Part shown: in pieces, positions 24,267-33,603 of the stretch | Numbering within the stretch: the stretch's first letter is position 1 | Layout of the letters: each line of letters begins with the position of its first letter | Assembly (NCBI GenBank): GCA_964361405.1 | Contig: CAYIAA010000006.1 | Coordinates: 1-44,662 of the forward strand | Direction of reading: 5' to 3' | Length of the DNA stretch: 44,662 nt | DNA from: an uncultured Candidatus Saccharibacteria bacterium | Lineage (GTDB): Bacteria > Patescibacteriota > Minisyncoccia > Phycocordibacterales > UBA3531 | Made by a program: the position numbers and the translations under genes | Notes under the pieces: model-generated | What the model was told of the DNA's origin: nothing | Seen by the model: the letters and a program-made list of their open reading frames with translations, nothing else | Databases searched by the model: none

Positions 24267-25979
24267 CTACCGATCAGGCGGCACCTCGTAGTAGCTTAGC
24301 AAAAAACTGGCCATGCGCATAAAGGGGTCGGTGAGCGTCTGCGACGAATAACGAACTTCTTTGGGTTCATTGAGGAATAAAAAGACAAGGAAACGTGGTT
24401 CATAGGCAGGATAGTAGCCAAAAAATGAGTGGAGGTAGCGATCATCATAATATCCGCCCGTCGGATTTGGGATCTGGGCCGTGCCCGTCTTTGCGGCAAT
24501 GCTATAGTGCAGCATTTTCGCTCCACCTCCAACGAGCGCCTTGTCCACTGTTTCGACAAGCATGCGGGTAACGATTTCTGTCGTCGCCTCCGAAAGCACT
24601 TTTCTCTGTTCTTCGATTTTCACTTCCCGTCTCGGGAAGCCGCGGTAATCAAAAGCGCCGACGACGTGAGGGCGAATAAGATATCCACCATTCGCAAGAG
24701 CTCCGAGGGCACGCACCATTGCAATTGGAGTTACCGCAATACCCTGTCCAAAAGATGCGGTCGCGTACTCGATGTCACGACTTGATTCCAGGTTGTCCAT
24801 TAAGCCAACTGCCTCATCGGGAAGGTCAACTCGCGTCCGCTCGCCGAGTCCGTAGTTAAACATATATTCTCTGAACTTCTCTCTTCCGAGCTCTTGCATC
24901 GCGAACACAGCTCCGGTGTTCAAAGAATTATTGAGAACTTCCTGCATCGGTACCACTCCCCTGCCCTTTTTATCGAAATTTTCAATTCGCTTATCACCAA
25001 CGACAACGAACCCTTTGTCGTCGTACGTGGTATCTTCCGTAATTGCGCCGGCATCAATTGCTGCCGCAATCGTGAGAGGTTTCATAATGGAACCCATTTC
25101 ATACACATTCTCGACGAGCGGGTTCGTGAATACCGAGACATCATTTTCTTCACCATAGAGACCTGGGTCAAATGATGGGTCTGCCGCCATCGCTAAAATC
25201 TCTCCCGTTTTCGGATCAATCACGATACCTCCAGCGGCAGACGCATTCCATTTATCGCGTACGCTCGCAAGTTCCTTCTCAAGTTCTCCTTGGACACGCG
25301 ACTCAATCGTCAAAACAAGATCCGCTTCCTGTTTTGTTTTCTGGCTCGTGAGAAGTCCTCCGAGCTCGCTAAAAACTTGTACAAAGAAATTCTGTGCCAT
25401 CCCTTCGATATTTCGCTCGAGGATATCGTTATAGTATCGCTCGAGACCGTAACGTCCAGCGAGTTCGTCACCTTGATAGCCAACGAAGCCGAGAACGTGC
25501 GCGGCTCGCTTGCCTCCCGGATACGTCCGCCAGCGAGCGGACGCAATCTCGATGCCCAAAAGACCGAGCTTTTTGATGGAGCGTACTTCATCTTCGGTTA
25601 AACGATCTTTAATTCTCTCATATGGATCATCCGCCTTCATGGCTTTTTTTAAAAAGTCGTCAGGTGAAATCGCCACTACGGAGTTCAAAGCCTCATACGT
25701 GGCCACCGGATCGCCGAGTTTGCTCGGATTGATACCAAGCGTGTATCCGCTTGCTGTGATTCCAGCTGAAGGCGATGTTCCACTTTTTTCCCGAAATGAA
25801 ATAGAACCACGGAAAAAATCAGGTTCGACGGCTCCAAGCACCCGCGCTTCAGCTCTTCCTTGGTAGTATTCCCACCGGATGATTTGGAGGTCAAAGAGTC
25901 GCCCAAGAAGGAGGAGAGAGGTCGCGAGAATGGCGAGCGCGACAAACTGTATCCTTCGCCGTCCGTTATAGTCCCGCAT
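24267..25979 (-). CDS. ftsI: class B penicillin-binding protein (FtsI/PBP3)
   Basis: YEMGSIMK (SxxK), SLN, KTGT; follows mraZ-rsmH-ftsL. Confidence 0.9.
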   Translation of the reverse strand: MRDYNGRRRIQFVALAILATSLLLLGRLFDLQIIRWEYYQGRAEARVLGAVEPDFFRGSISFREKSGTSPSAGITASGYTLGINPSKLGDPVATYEALNSVVAISPDDFLKKAMKADDPYERIKDRLTEDEVRSIKKLGLLGIEIASARWRTYPGGKRAAHVLGFVGYQGDELAGRYGLERYYNDILERNIEGMAQNFFVQVFSELGGLLTSQKTKQEADLVLTIESRVQGELEKELASVRDKWNASAAGGIVIDPKTGEILAMAADPSFDPGLYGEENDVSVFTNPLVENVYEMGSIMKPLTIAAAIDAGAITEDTTYDDKGFVVVGDKRIENFDKKGRGVVPMQEVLNNSLNTGAVFAMQELGREKFREYMFNYGLGERTRVDLPDEAVGLMDNLESSRDIEYATASFGQGIAVTPIAMVRALGALANGGYLIRPHVVGAFDYRGFPRREVKIEEQRKVLSEATTEIVTRMLVETVDKALVGGGAKMLHYSIAAKTGTAQIPNPTGGYYDDRYLHSFFGYYPAYEPRFLVFLFLNEPKEVRYSSQTLTDPFMRMASFLLSYYEVPPDR

Positions 25980-26304
25980 TACCCACGCTGAGGCGTGCTG
26001 TTACGGCATGCGCTCTAGAAACATAGGTCGTATCTTCGGATGTATTTCGGTACCCGAGTGTATACGCACGTGTGAGGTCGATTCCGCTTATGATCTTAAA
26101 ATATTCAGACTCAATAGCCGAGAGATGCGTCTGAGTCTCTCCGAGTCTTTTCTCGGTTTCTTTCCAGTTCGCGGCGGCAAAAGTTGCTGCGCTTACAAAA
26201 TAAATATAGAGAGCGAAGAGCACGAATGCGATACATGAAAGGAACCGGGTAGATTTTCCGGTTTGAATCACACGCGCCATTGATTTAATATTTTTGATAC
26301 TCAT
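25966..26304 (-). CDS. ftsL: FtsL-like bitopic protein
   Basis: TM plus short coiled coil, A..LG motif, lies between rsmH and ftsI. Confidence 0.6.
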   Translation of the reverse strand: MSIKNIKSMARVIQTGKSTRFLSCIAFVLFALYIYFVSAATFAAANWKETEKRLGETQTHLSAIESEYFKIISGIDLTRAYTLGYRNTSEDTTYVSRAHAVTARLSVGNAGL

Positions 26305-27185
26305 CGCAATTTCTCAATAATCCGCAGTTTTGCACTTCGTGCGCGAGGATTTGAAATTCCTTCCTCACGACTTGCTCGTATAACTTTTTTATTGATACGT
26401 TTTCCGTCCTCATTCGACTCCGATATTTTCATAAATCGTTTTACGATACGGTCGGTAATACTCTCGAAACTAATCACCGCAAGTCGTCCTTTTGGACGAA
26501 GATATGACCAAACGCCGGGAAGCACTCGCTCGAGTTCCCCGACTTCATCGTTTACCGCCATGCGGAGCGCTTGAAATGTTTTAGTCGCTGGATGGATCTT
26601 CCCGCGCCGGGGGTGAACACTCTCTACCACTTCGACAAGATCTTTCGTCGTCTCAATCGAACTCTCGGCGCGTCTCGCGACGATTGCTTTCGCAATGCGA
26701 CCGGCACTCTTTTCTTCACCATAACCGAGAAGAATATCTCTTAGATGTTCTTCATCCCAGGAATTCACAATGTCTCTCGCAGTAAAAAGGGCTTCGGCAG
26801 GATCGCCGTATGTCATCTGGAGCGGCTCACTCTTTTGGAATGAAAATCCTTTCCCCGATTCTTCAAGCTCGAAGGAGGACATACCAAGATCAAGGAGTGC
26901 ACTATCAATCATGCTCTCGCCTGCTTCTTTCAATACGGCACCGAGTTCTTTCCACGAAGCCGTTTTGAATGTCACCCGCGACTCTAGAGAAACGAGAAGT
27001 GCCTGCGATCTCGTAACTGCATTTTTATCTCGATCGAGGCCGATTATATGTCCCCGGGGCCCTATCCGCTTTGAAACGGCTTCCGCATGGCCTCCATCGC
27101 CAAGCGTTAGATCAAGGTATACACTGCCCTCCTTCGGCTCTAGTCCCGACAGTACTTCTTGTAAAAGAACACTCTGGTGTCTCAT
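26301..27185 (-). CDS. rsmH: 16S rRNA m4C1402 methyltransferase
   Basis: HQSVLLQE, DLTLGDGGH, DLGMSS, HPATKTFQALR, NPRARSAKLR. Confidence 0.97.
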   Translation of the reverse strand: MRHQSVLLQEVLSGLEPKEGSVYLDLTLGDGGHAEAVSKRIGPRGHIIGLDRDKNAVTRSQALLVSLESRVTFKTASWKELGAVLKEAGESMIDSALLDLGMSSFELEESGKGFSFQKSEPLQMTYGDPAEALFTARDIVNSWDEEHLRDILLGYGEEKSAGRIAKAIVARRAESSIETTKDLVEVVESVHPRRGKIHPATKTFQALRMAVNDEVGELERVLPGVWSYLRPKGRLAVISFESITDRIVKRFMKISESNEDGKRINKKVIRASREEGISNPRARSAKLRIIEKLR

Positions 27186-27194
27186 GGGTATGCC

Positions 27195-27629
27195 CTAGAG
27201 CACGCCGATTTTCCCCAATTCTTCCGCAAGCGCGTCCGCCTTCCGATCGATACTCTCTTTATAGGTTCTCCACGTGCGTTCATCCCAGATTTCTACACGA
27301 TCATTGACACCAATGACGGAAACCCGAGTTTTCAATCCCGCGAAAGACTTGAGAAATTCCGGGACGAGAACCCTTCCAAGAGAATCAACGTCGGTCTCAA
27401 CGGCACCCCCCAAAAGAAAACGGTTGAGTCCTCGGCTCTCTCGCTTTCCCATTGAGAGCGTCGAGAGTTTTCCCAAAACATTTCTCCACGCCGCCGCCGG
27501 GTAAACAAAGAGACACTTGTCAAATCCGTGGGTGATGACTATATTTTTTCCGAGTTCTTTTCTGAACTTGGCCGGCAATGCAACACGACGCTTCGTGTCG
27601 AGCGTATGCGTGAACTCACCGATTAACAT
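27195..27629 (-). CDS. mraZ: dcw cluster transcriptional regulator MraZ
   Basis: MLIGEFTHTLDTKRRVALP, DSLGRVLVP, GVNDRVEIW. Confidence 0.97.
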   Translation of the reverse strand: MLIGEFTHTLDTKRRVALPAKFRKELGKNIVITHGFDKCLFVYPAAAWRNVLGKLSTLSMGKRESRGLNRFLLGGAVETDVDSLGRVLVPEFLKSFAGLKTRVSVIGVNDRVEIWDERTWRTYKESIDRKADALAEELGKIGVL

Positions 27630-27645
27630 ATGATTTTCATCAACC

Positions 27646-27703
27646 CCACTTTATACCACTACTGTGACACTATATACCATAGTTTCCCACCATCACTAAC
27701 CAC
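27646..27703 (-). promoter_or_regulatory. MraZ-box array (GTGG-like repeats with ~10-nt period)
   Basis: Plus-strand CCAC 27646, CCAC 27656, ACAC 27667, CCAT 27677, CCAC 27687, CCAC 27700. Confidence 0.75.
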
Positions 27704-27712
27704 TTATCCACA
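27704..27712 (+). promoter_or_regulatory. perfect DnaA box upstream of mraZ
   Basis: TTATCCACA. Confidence 0.65.
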
Positions 27713-27713
27713 G

Positions 27714-27747
27714 AAAAAATCCCGCTCTTGGCGGGATTTCTCTTTTT
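27714..27747 (-). terminator. terminator after lysS (possibly bidirectional)
   Basis: AAATCCCGC-TCTTG-GCGGGATTT flanked by A and T runs. Confidence 0.7.
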
Positions 27748-27768
27748 CCCCGAAAACTCCTATTTTTC

Positions 27769-29247
27769 CTAGTCTTTCTCTCCTTTCGGCTTTAGCGTGG
27801 GAAAGAAAAGTACCTCGCGGATATTCTCCGCATCGGTGAAAAGCATCGCGAGTCGGTCGAGCCCGATGCCGACGCCGCCCGAGGGTGGCATCCCGTATTC
27901 GAGTGCCTCGATAAAATCGGTATCGAGTGGTTGTGTTTCTTCGTCGCCAGATTTTTTCGCGGTTTCTTCTTTTTTCATTCGTTCAAGTTGATCAAGCGGG
28001 TCGTTCAACTCCGAATATCCTTTGACGATTTCGATTCCTCCGATAACAAGTTGGAACGCGTCCACGAGATCCGGATTTTTCTCCGTTCGTTTCGCAAGCG
28101 GGAGATACCCGACGGGGTAATCAATCACAAATGTCGGTTCAATAAGTTTTGGTCTGCAAACTTTTTTATAGATTGCATCCATCACTTTCTCTCTCCCTGC
28201 GCCCTGGGGCACCAGGACACCCAGCTGTTCGGCCTTGAGCATAAGCTCTTCACGAGAAGCTTTCTCCGGCGAGAGAATGAGCGCATGTCGACGGAGAAGA
28301 TCGTAAAAGGCAGTCGTTCGAAACTTTTTTGATAAATCAATCGCTTTACCGCCATGGGAAAATGTAAGCTTCCCCACAACCTTGCGAGCGAGGGTTTTCA
28401 TCATTTTCTCGACAAATACGCGGCTTTTTTTCGCATCACTCCACGCGGCATAGAATTCAAGCATAGTAAATTCCGGATTATGAACCGCGTCAATTCCTTC
28501 GTTCCGGAAATCTTTGCTAATCTCATAAACTTTCGGGAACCCGCCGATAAGCAGGCGCTTCAAATAGAGCTCGTCTGAAATACGCAGGTAAAGAGTCAGG
28601 TCGAGTGCGTTGTGTATTGTCGTAAACGCTTCCGCATTCGCTCCACCATAGATTGACTGGAGGATTGGTGTTTCAACTTCAAGGTACCCCGCCTTGTCGA
28701 GATATTTTCTTGTCTCGGTGATGAGTGTCGAGCGCGCTATGAAACGCTCGCGAACAATTTCATTCTGGAGGGTATCGAGATAGCGTTTACGAAATCGTTC
28801 CTCAACATTCTCAAGACCGTGCCACTTGTCCGGGAGTGGGCGGAGACTCTTTACAAGCATGTGCCATGAGTTAGCAAGAAGTGTTTTTTCTTTCCGCTTT
28901 GTCAAAAAAAGTTTTCCCTTCACCTCGATGAAATCTCCGATGTCGACATTCCCGGTAAAAAGTTCGAATGCCTGATCTCCCGCTATATCGCGTTTGAAAA
29001 ATAATTGAATGCGTCCAGTCCCGTCATCGAGATCGGCGAATACGGACCCGCCGTGCGCTCTGACTCCGCGAACACGCCCCACGAGTGTGATTGGCTTCGC
29101 GCGTTTTTTAAGTTTTGAAAAACGTCCGAGCACATTTTGAATCTGATCGCTCGGGTGCGATTCGATTGGATATGGATTAATTCCCTGCGAACGAAGAGAT
29201 TCCAGTTTCCGTAGTCTCCCTGATCGCAATTCATCAAGCGATGCCAT
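27769..29247 (-). CDS. lysS: lysyl-tRNA synthetase, class II
   Basis: LPDKWHGL, RFRKRYLD, LRISDELYLKRL, FRNEG, HNPEFTMLE, GMPPSGGVGIGLDRL. Confidence 0.98.
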   Translation of the reverse strand: MASLDELRSGRLRKLESLRSQGINPYPIESHPSDQIQNVLGRFSKLKKRAKPITLVGRVRGVRAHGGSVFADLDDGTGRIQLFFKRDIAGDQAFELFTGNVDIGDFIEVKGKLFLTKRKEKTLLANSWHMLVKSLRPLPDKWHGLENVEERFRKRYLDTLQNEIVRERFIARSTLITETRKYLDKAGYLEVETPILQSIYGGANAEAFTTIHNALDLTLYLRISDELYLKRLLIGGFPKVYEISKDFRNEGIDAVHNPEFTMLEFYAAWSDAKKSRVFVEKMMKTLARKVVGKLTFSHGGKAIDLSKKFRTTAFYDLLRRHALILSPEKASREELMLKAEQLGVLVPQGAGREKVMDAIYKKVCRPKLIEPTFVIDYPVGYLPLAKRTEKNPDLVDAFQLVIGGIEIVKGYSELNDPLDQLERMKKEETAKKSGDEETQPLDTDFIEALEYGMPPSGGVGIGLDRLAMLFTDAENIREVLFFPTLKPKGEKD

Positions 29248-29259
29248 CTCTATCGAATG

Positions 29260-29727
29260 CTATCGAATTTCTATAATAGAGCAACGAATTTCTCCGCCAG
29301 GGGTACGCGCAGTTACTTCATCACCTTTTTTCTTTCCCATGAGCGCGGCCCCAAGTGGACTTTCGTTTGAAAGTTTCCGGAGGCCAACATCCGCTTCTTC
29401 GCTTCCCACCATGGCCCATTCTTCCTTTATTTTTGAGCCTACTTTCTGGAGTACAACCGTTGATCCGACCGAGACGGATGAGTGTTTTCGGCTGTCAACG
29501 ATGGTCGCACGGCGAAGAATATCTTCGAGCTTTGAAATCCTTTCTTCGAGGGCCGCCTGAGCTTCCCGCGCGTCATGATATTCGGCGTTTTCCGAGAGAT
29601 CTCCGAGTGATTTGGCGTATTCGAGCTGTTCGGCGATTTCTTTTCTCCGAACGCTCTTTAAGCTCTTGAGCTCCGCTTCAAGCTCGGTATGCTTCTCACG
29701 ACTCAAGTAGGCTTCAGGCGAACTCAT
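29260..29727 (-). CDS. greA: transcription elongation factor GreA
   Basis: GDLSENAEY, SNESPLGAALMG. Confidence 0.96.
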   Translation of the reverse strand: MSSPEAYLSREKHTELEAELKSLKSVRRKEIAEQLEYAKSLGDLSENAEYHDAREAQAALEERISKLEDILRRATIVDSRKHSSVSVGSTVVLQKVGSKIKEEWAMVGSEEADVGLRKLSNESPLGAALMGKKKGDEVTARTPGGEIRCSIIEIR

Positions 29728-29740
29728 ATGCCGAATCATT

Positions 29741-31462
29741 CTATGTCCCTCCTACTTCATTGTCAACGAAAGAGGAAAAATAGTCGCTCGCATAGATTCC
29801 CATCCAATCAAAGAGCTGTCGTGCGGCAAAAACACCTCCGATATAGTTGTCCCGTGGTCCGCGCTCCATCACAATTGCAAAGGCATACCGAGGGTCTTCG
29901 TATGGAAAAAATCCGATAACCCATGAGTTGACGTAACGCTTTCCGGGGTCTACCTCTGCTGTTCCGGTCTTTGCTGCAATCTCGACAGTATCAATGTTAA
30001 GACCCGCCGCCGTTCCATAGAGCGCGCTTCGGCGCATACCTTCCTTAACTACCTCAAAGTATTCGGGCGCTATATCAATTGAAATAGATTCATCGTTTGC
30101 ATTCACTTTCGTACTAATACTCCGTATCATCGTCGGTTGAACCAATCTCCCATTTTCAGCAATCGCGGCAATGGCTCGTACCACCTGAACTGGTGTAACC
30201 TGAAACCCGTACTGACCGATTGATGTGTTATAGGTGTCACCCACTCTCCATGGCTCACCCGATGTCACTTTTTCTTTCCACTCCGGAGACGGAATAACAC
30301 CGGCGGGCTCTCCGAGAAAGCCGAGTCCCGCCGGTTCCCCAAATCCAAATCGTCGCGCGTACCGCTCGATATTTTTTATCCCGATTCCTTTCTGCGAGCC
30401 GAATCCTCCGCCGATTTCAAAAAAATAAACATTTGATGAATATGCGAGTGCATTACGCATATCAACAAGGCCGTGCACCTTCCAATCGCGAAATATTGAC
30501 GGATGTTCCGGATCGAATGGATTTGGGAGAGATAGTTGTCCGTTCGCGAGAATTTCCGTCTCCGGGTTAATGACTCCCTGATCGAGTGCCCCAATCGCGA
30601 CAAAAGGTTTAAAGATCGAACCGGGTGTATAGAGCCCTTGAACCGCCCTGTTCAAAAATGGTTTACGCGAATCAAGACGATACTCTTCAATTGCCTCGGT
30701 ATCTTCTCCGTGTGAGAGTATTGTCGGATTATATTCAGGAAAATTCGTGAGCGCGATTATTTCTCCTGTATCGGTATCCATAATAATACCGCTTCCTCCG
30801 AGAAATCCACGATCGAGGGCAAGTGAACGGATTACTTGATAAAGTTTTTCTTGCACCTCTGAATCAATAGAGAGAGTCACGGACTCCCCCGCGAGTGGCG
30901 TGGTAAGCAGATTCTCGGAAATAACTGTTCCTGATACATCGGTCTCAACAATCTGAATACCGCTCCTGCCACCGAGCTTCCGTTCGTAACTCTCCTCAAC
31001 ACCTTCTTTTCCGATGAGTACGTCTGGATTGAGCGATTTTGATTTTACTTCTTCTTCATTTGGATAACCGATAAAACCAAGCACGTGTCCGAATCCTTCT
31101 TCTTCAATATATGCACGCCCGAGATCGGTATTCCATGCAAGCTCCACGGCGTTTCGATCGTAAATGAGGCCACGTTCGGCAGGAATAAGTATATGTTTTA
31201 AGCTGTTTTGCTCACTTCGCTCACGATAATTCTCTCCCGAAATAACCTGTAAACCAAAGGCTCGGCTGGCAAAAATGGCAAGGAGAATGACATAAAGCCC
31301 CGCAACAAGAAAAAATGTCCTGGTAGTAATCGGTTTCTCAAGAACGCCCTCCAACCGTTCGGTCTCGAATTGAGGTAAGTTTTTTGAATCAAGGAATATT
31401 TCATCCGGATAAATAGAATCGATATTTGCTCTAATGTTTCGTTTCAAAATTCTCAGTTTCAT
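29741..31462 (-). CDS. mrdA: penicillin-binding protein 2 (class B, elongation)
   Basis: PAERGLIYDRN, PGSIFK, SSNVYF, KTGTAE; follows mreBCD. Confidence 0.9.
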   Translation of the reverse strand: MKLRILKRNIRANIDSIYPDEIFLDSKNLPQFETERLEGVLEKPITTRTFFLVAGLYVILLAIFASRAFGLQVISGENYRERSEQNSLKHILIPAERGLIYDRNAVELAWNTDLGRAYIEEEGFGHVLGFIGYPNEEEVKSKSLNPDVLIGKEGVEESYERKLGGRSGIQIVETDVSGTVISENLLTTPLAGESVTLSIDSEVQEKLYQVIRSLALDRGFLGGSGIIMDTDTGEIIALTNFPEYNPTILSHGEDTEAIEEYRLDSRKPFLNRAVQGLYTPGSIFKPFVAIGALDQGVINPETEILANGQLSLPNPFDPEHPSIFRDWKVHGLVDMRNALAYSSNVYFFEIGGGFGSQKGIGIKNIERYARRFGFGEPAGLGFLGEPAGVIPSPEWKEKVTSGEPWRVGDTYNTSIGQYGFQVTPVQVVRAIAAIAENGRLVQPTMIRSISTKVNANDESISIDIAPEYFEVVKEGMRRSALYGTAAGLNIDTVEIAAKTGTAEVDPGKRYVNSWVIGFFPYEDPRYAFAIVMERGPRDNYIGGVFAARQLFDWMGIYASDYFSSFVDNEVGGT

Positions 31463-31466
31463 AATT

Positions 31467-31799
31467 TTACCTGCCTATGACAATTGCCTTCCAGCGTGTT
31501 CTCTGCCAAAGGACATGTGAGGAAAGAATGATACCCGCCATACCGAGGGTCACGATGAAATGATCAAGGATAAAAAAAGAGAAATCGAGTCCTTCCGGGT
31601 TGAAGTCCGCGTAGATGAGATCGGAGAGAAAACCAAAAATAAGAATCTCATAAGGGCGCTCGGTAGCGAGACCTGCACATACCGCAATCAGAAGAGAGGC
31701 CCACCACGGCAGAAAAATAACAGAAGCGAGAAGTATGACTCCGAGGAGGATACGTACTATTCTTGTTCTTCCAGAGTGTGTACTATTTCCACCAACCAT
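31467..31799 (-). CDS. short multi-TM protein in the MreD position
   Basis: Hydrophobic, GFLSDL motif, between mreC and mrdA. Confidence 0.55.
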   Translation of the reverse strand: MVGGNSTHSGRTRIVRILLGVILLASVIFLPWWASLLIAVCAGLATERPYEILIFGFLSDLIYADFNPEGLDFSFFILDHFIVTLGMAGIILSSHVLWQRTRWKAIVIGR

Positions 31800-32575
31800 A
31801 CTTCTTGAATATTAATGGGGCTCTTGAAACGAACTCTGTCGAATACATCGCTCGATCGTGCTTCGATTTCACCGACAACACCTAAAACCCGCGGCTCTCC
31901 TTCTCCTGTCACCACCCGATCCCCCTCTCTTACATCAACACCCCGCGGTAACTCAACGATAAAGTTACTGCCGCCTTGTCCATGCGCAACCCCGGGTGTA
32001 TTCCCGTCTCCAACAAGGACGGATATTTCTGTCCCGTCTGACGAATAAAGTTTCGACTTCGACCCTGTGGCGGATGTTTCTATAATCGTGCCGAGTATAA
32101 TCTGACCTCCTTCCATCGTGACAAAGTCGCCAACGCTAACCCCATCGAGAGATCCACGATCTAAAATCAGTGTGTCGTAAGGAGAACGATTGGGACGGAC
32201 AAGTACAGCGGCAAAAATAAGATCAATGTCCGTTGCTCTTCCGAGAAATGCGCGCAATTTTTCATTTTCAAGGCGCAAAAGATCGTTTGCTGTACGAAGC
32301 GCAAGAGAGGTCGCGAGTTGGTGTTTCAGAAATTCATTCTCCATAATGAGAGCGCTTTTTGAAAAAAGAAGATGCGTCGGCCGAGGTAAGGCTTCTTGAA
32401 GAGACTCTTCTCTGGCCCAGAGTGGCTCTAGGATGGCACCCACTCCTCGCGACAAAAACGCGAGTGCTCCTATACTCGCGAGAAAAATAATCCCGCCCAC
32501 AAGGATAAGGATGGTAAAAAACCATCTCAAGAGTTTTTTTCTCCTGGTATCAGGTCGGCGGAAGGTCGTCTTCAT
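31757..32575 (-). CDS. mreC: rod shape-determining protein MreC
   Basis: TM, ENEKLRAFLG, LILDRGSLDGV, GDRVVT. Confidence 0.92.
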   Translation of the reverse strand: MKTTFRRPDTRRKKLLRWFFTILILVGGIIFLASIGALAFLSRGVGAILEPLWAREESLQEALPRPTHLLFSKSALIMENEFLKHQLATSLALRTANDLLRLENEKLRAFLGRATDIDLIFAAVLVRPNRSPYDTLILDRGSLDGVSVGDFVTMEGGQIILGTIIETSATGSKSKLYSSDGTEISVLVGDGNTPGVAHGQGGSNFIVELPRGVDVREGDRVVTGEGEPRVLGVVGEIEARSSDVFDRVRFKSPINIQEVWLVEIVHTLEEQE

Positions 32576-33599
32576 TTCCTAAAAGAAGATCAGTGTGAGC
32601 GTCGAAGTCCTCGAGAACAACACCCATGCCGCGGACAACGGCAGTTTGAGGGTCTTCAGCGGTTTCCACGTTGATTTTAAGCTCTTTTCTAAAAAGCGCC
32701 TCTATTCCCCGAATGAGGGACCCTCCCCCCACCAATATAATGCCGCGATGCATGATGTCCGATATAACCTCCGGCGGAGTTGATTCGATTACTTCCTTTA
32801 CCCCGTCGACGATTGCCGAGACGGATCCTTTGATGGCCTCCCGAACATCAGCGTCGGTCATCACCACTTCACGTGGTAATCCCGTCACAATGTCTTTTCC
32901 TCGAACCGTGGCTTCGAGTGTCTCGCCGTCATCGGTTACGGAACCGATGACTGTTTTCACTTCCTCGGCGGTCTTTTCTCCAAGAAGAAGTTTAAACTCA
33001 TCTTTAACGTAGTTCACGATGTCTTCATTGAATCGATCTCCCGCAATGCGAAGATTTTTTGACGTGACAATCCCCGAAAGCGAAATAACGGCAATATCGG
33101 TCGTCCCTCCTCCGATGTCGACAATCATGGTCCCGACGGGCTCATGTATCGGCAGGCGGATGCCGAGCGCTGCGGACATTGGCTCCTCGATCAAGTGCAC
33201 CTCGCGCGCGCCGGCGTTTTCTGCCGCATCACGCACCGCTCGCCGCTCAACGTTCGTAATGCCCGTCGGGATGCCGAGAACGACCCGGGGATGAAGAAAC
33301 TGCCGTGAACGCTGTTCTGCCTTCCGGAGAAAGTATGTGAGCATTTCCTCCGTGACCTCGAAGTTCGAAATCACGCCATCAACGAGCGGTCGCACCGTTT
33401 GAATATGAAGCGGGGTTCTCCCGAGCATCTGTTTCGCATCTCCCCCAATAGCGACAATCCGCCCCGTCTTCTGGTTCAGAGCGACTACGGAAGGCTCGTT
33501 GATGATAATCCCCTGCCCCTTAACATAGACGAGGGTATAGGCAGTTCCCAGGTCAATACCGATGTCGTTCGAAAAAAGTTCGTAGATTCTTTTTTTCAT
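32550..33599 (-). CDS. mreB: rod shape-determining protein MreB (copy 1)
   Basis: IGIDLGT, EPSVVA, IEEPMSAA, DIGGGTT, GGGS. ATG 33599 follows the proS stop. Confidence 0.96.
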   Translation of the reverse strand: MKKRIYELFSNDIGIDLGTAYTLVYVKGQGIIINEPSVVALNQKTGRIVAIGGDAKQMLGRTPLHIQTVRPLVDGVISNFEVTEEMLTYFLRKAEQRSRQFLHPRVVLGIPTGITNVERRAVRDAAENAGAREVHLIEEPMSAALGIRLPIHEPVGTMIVDIGGGTTDIAVISLSGIVTSKNLRIAGDRFNEDIVNYVKDEFKLLLGEKTAEEVKTVIGSVTDDGETLEATVRGKDIVTGLPREVVMTDADVREAIKGSVSAIVDGVKEVIESTPPEVISDIMHRGIILVGGGSLIRGIEALFRKELKINVETAEDPQTAVVRGMGVVLEDFDAHTDLLLGNEDDLPPT

Positions 33600-33603
33600 A
33601 TTT

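Noticed and set aside
27630-27768. Short CCAC repeats as a CRISPR array or origin
   Set aside because: The 4-nt units with 10-nt phase fit MraZ boxes. There are no spacers or cas genes.
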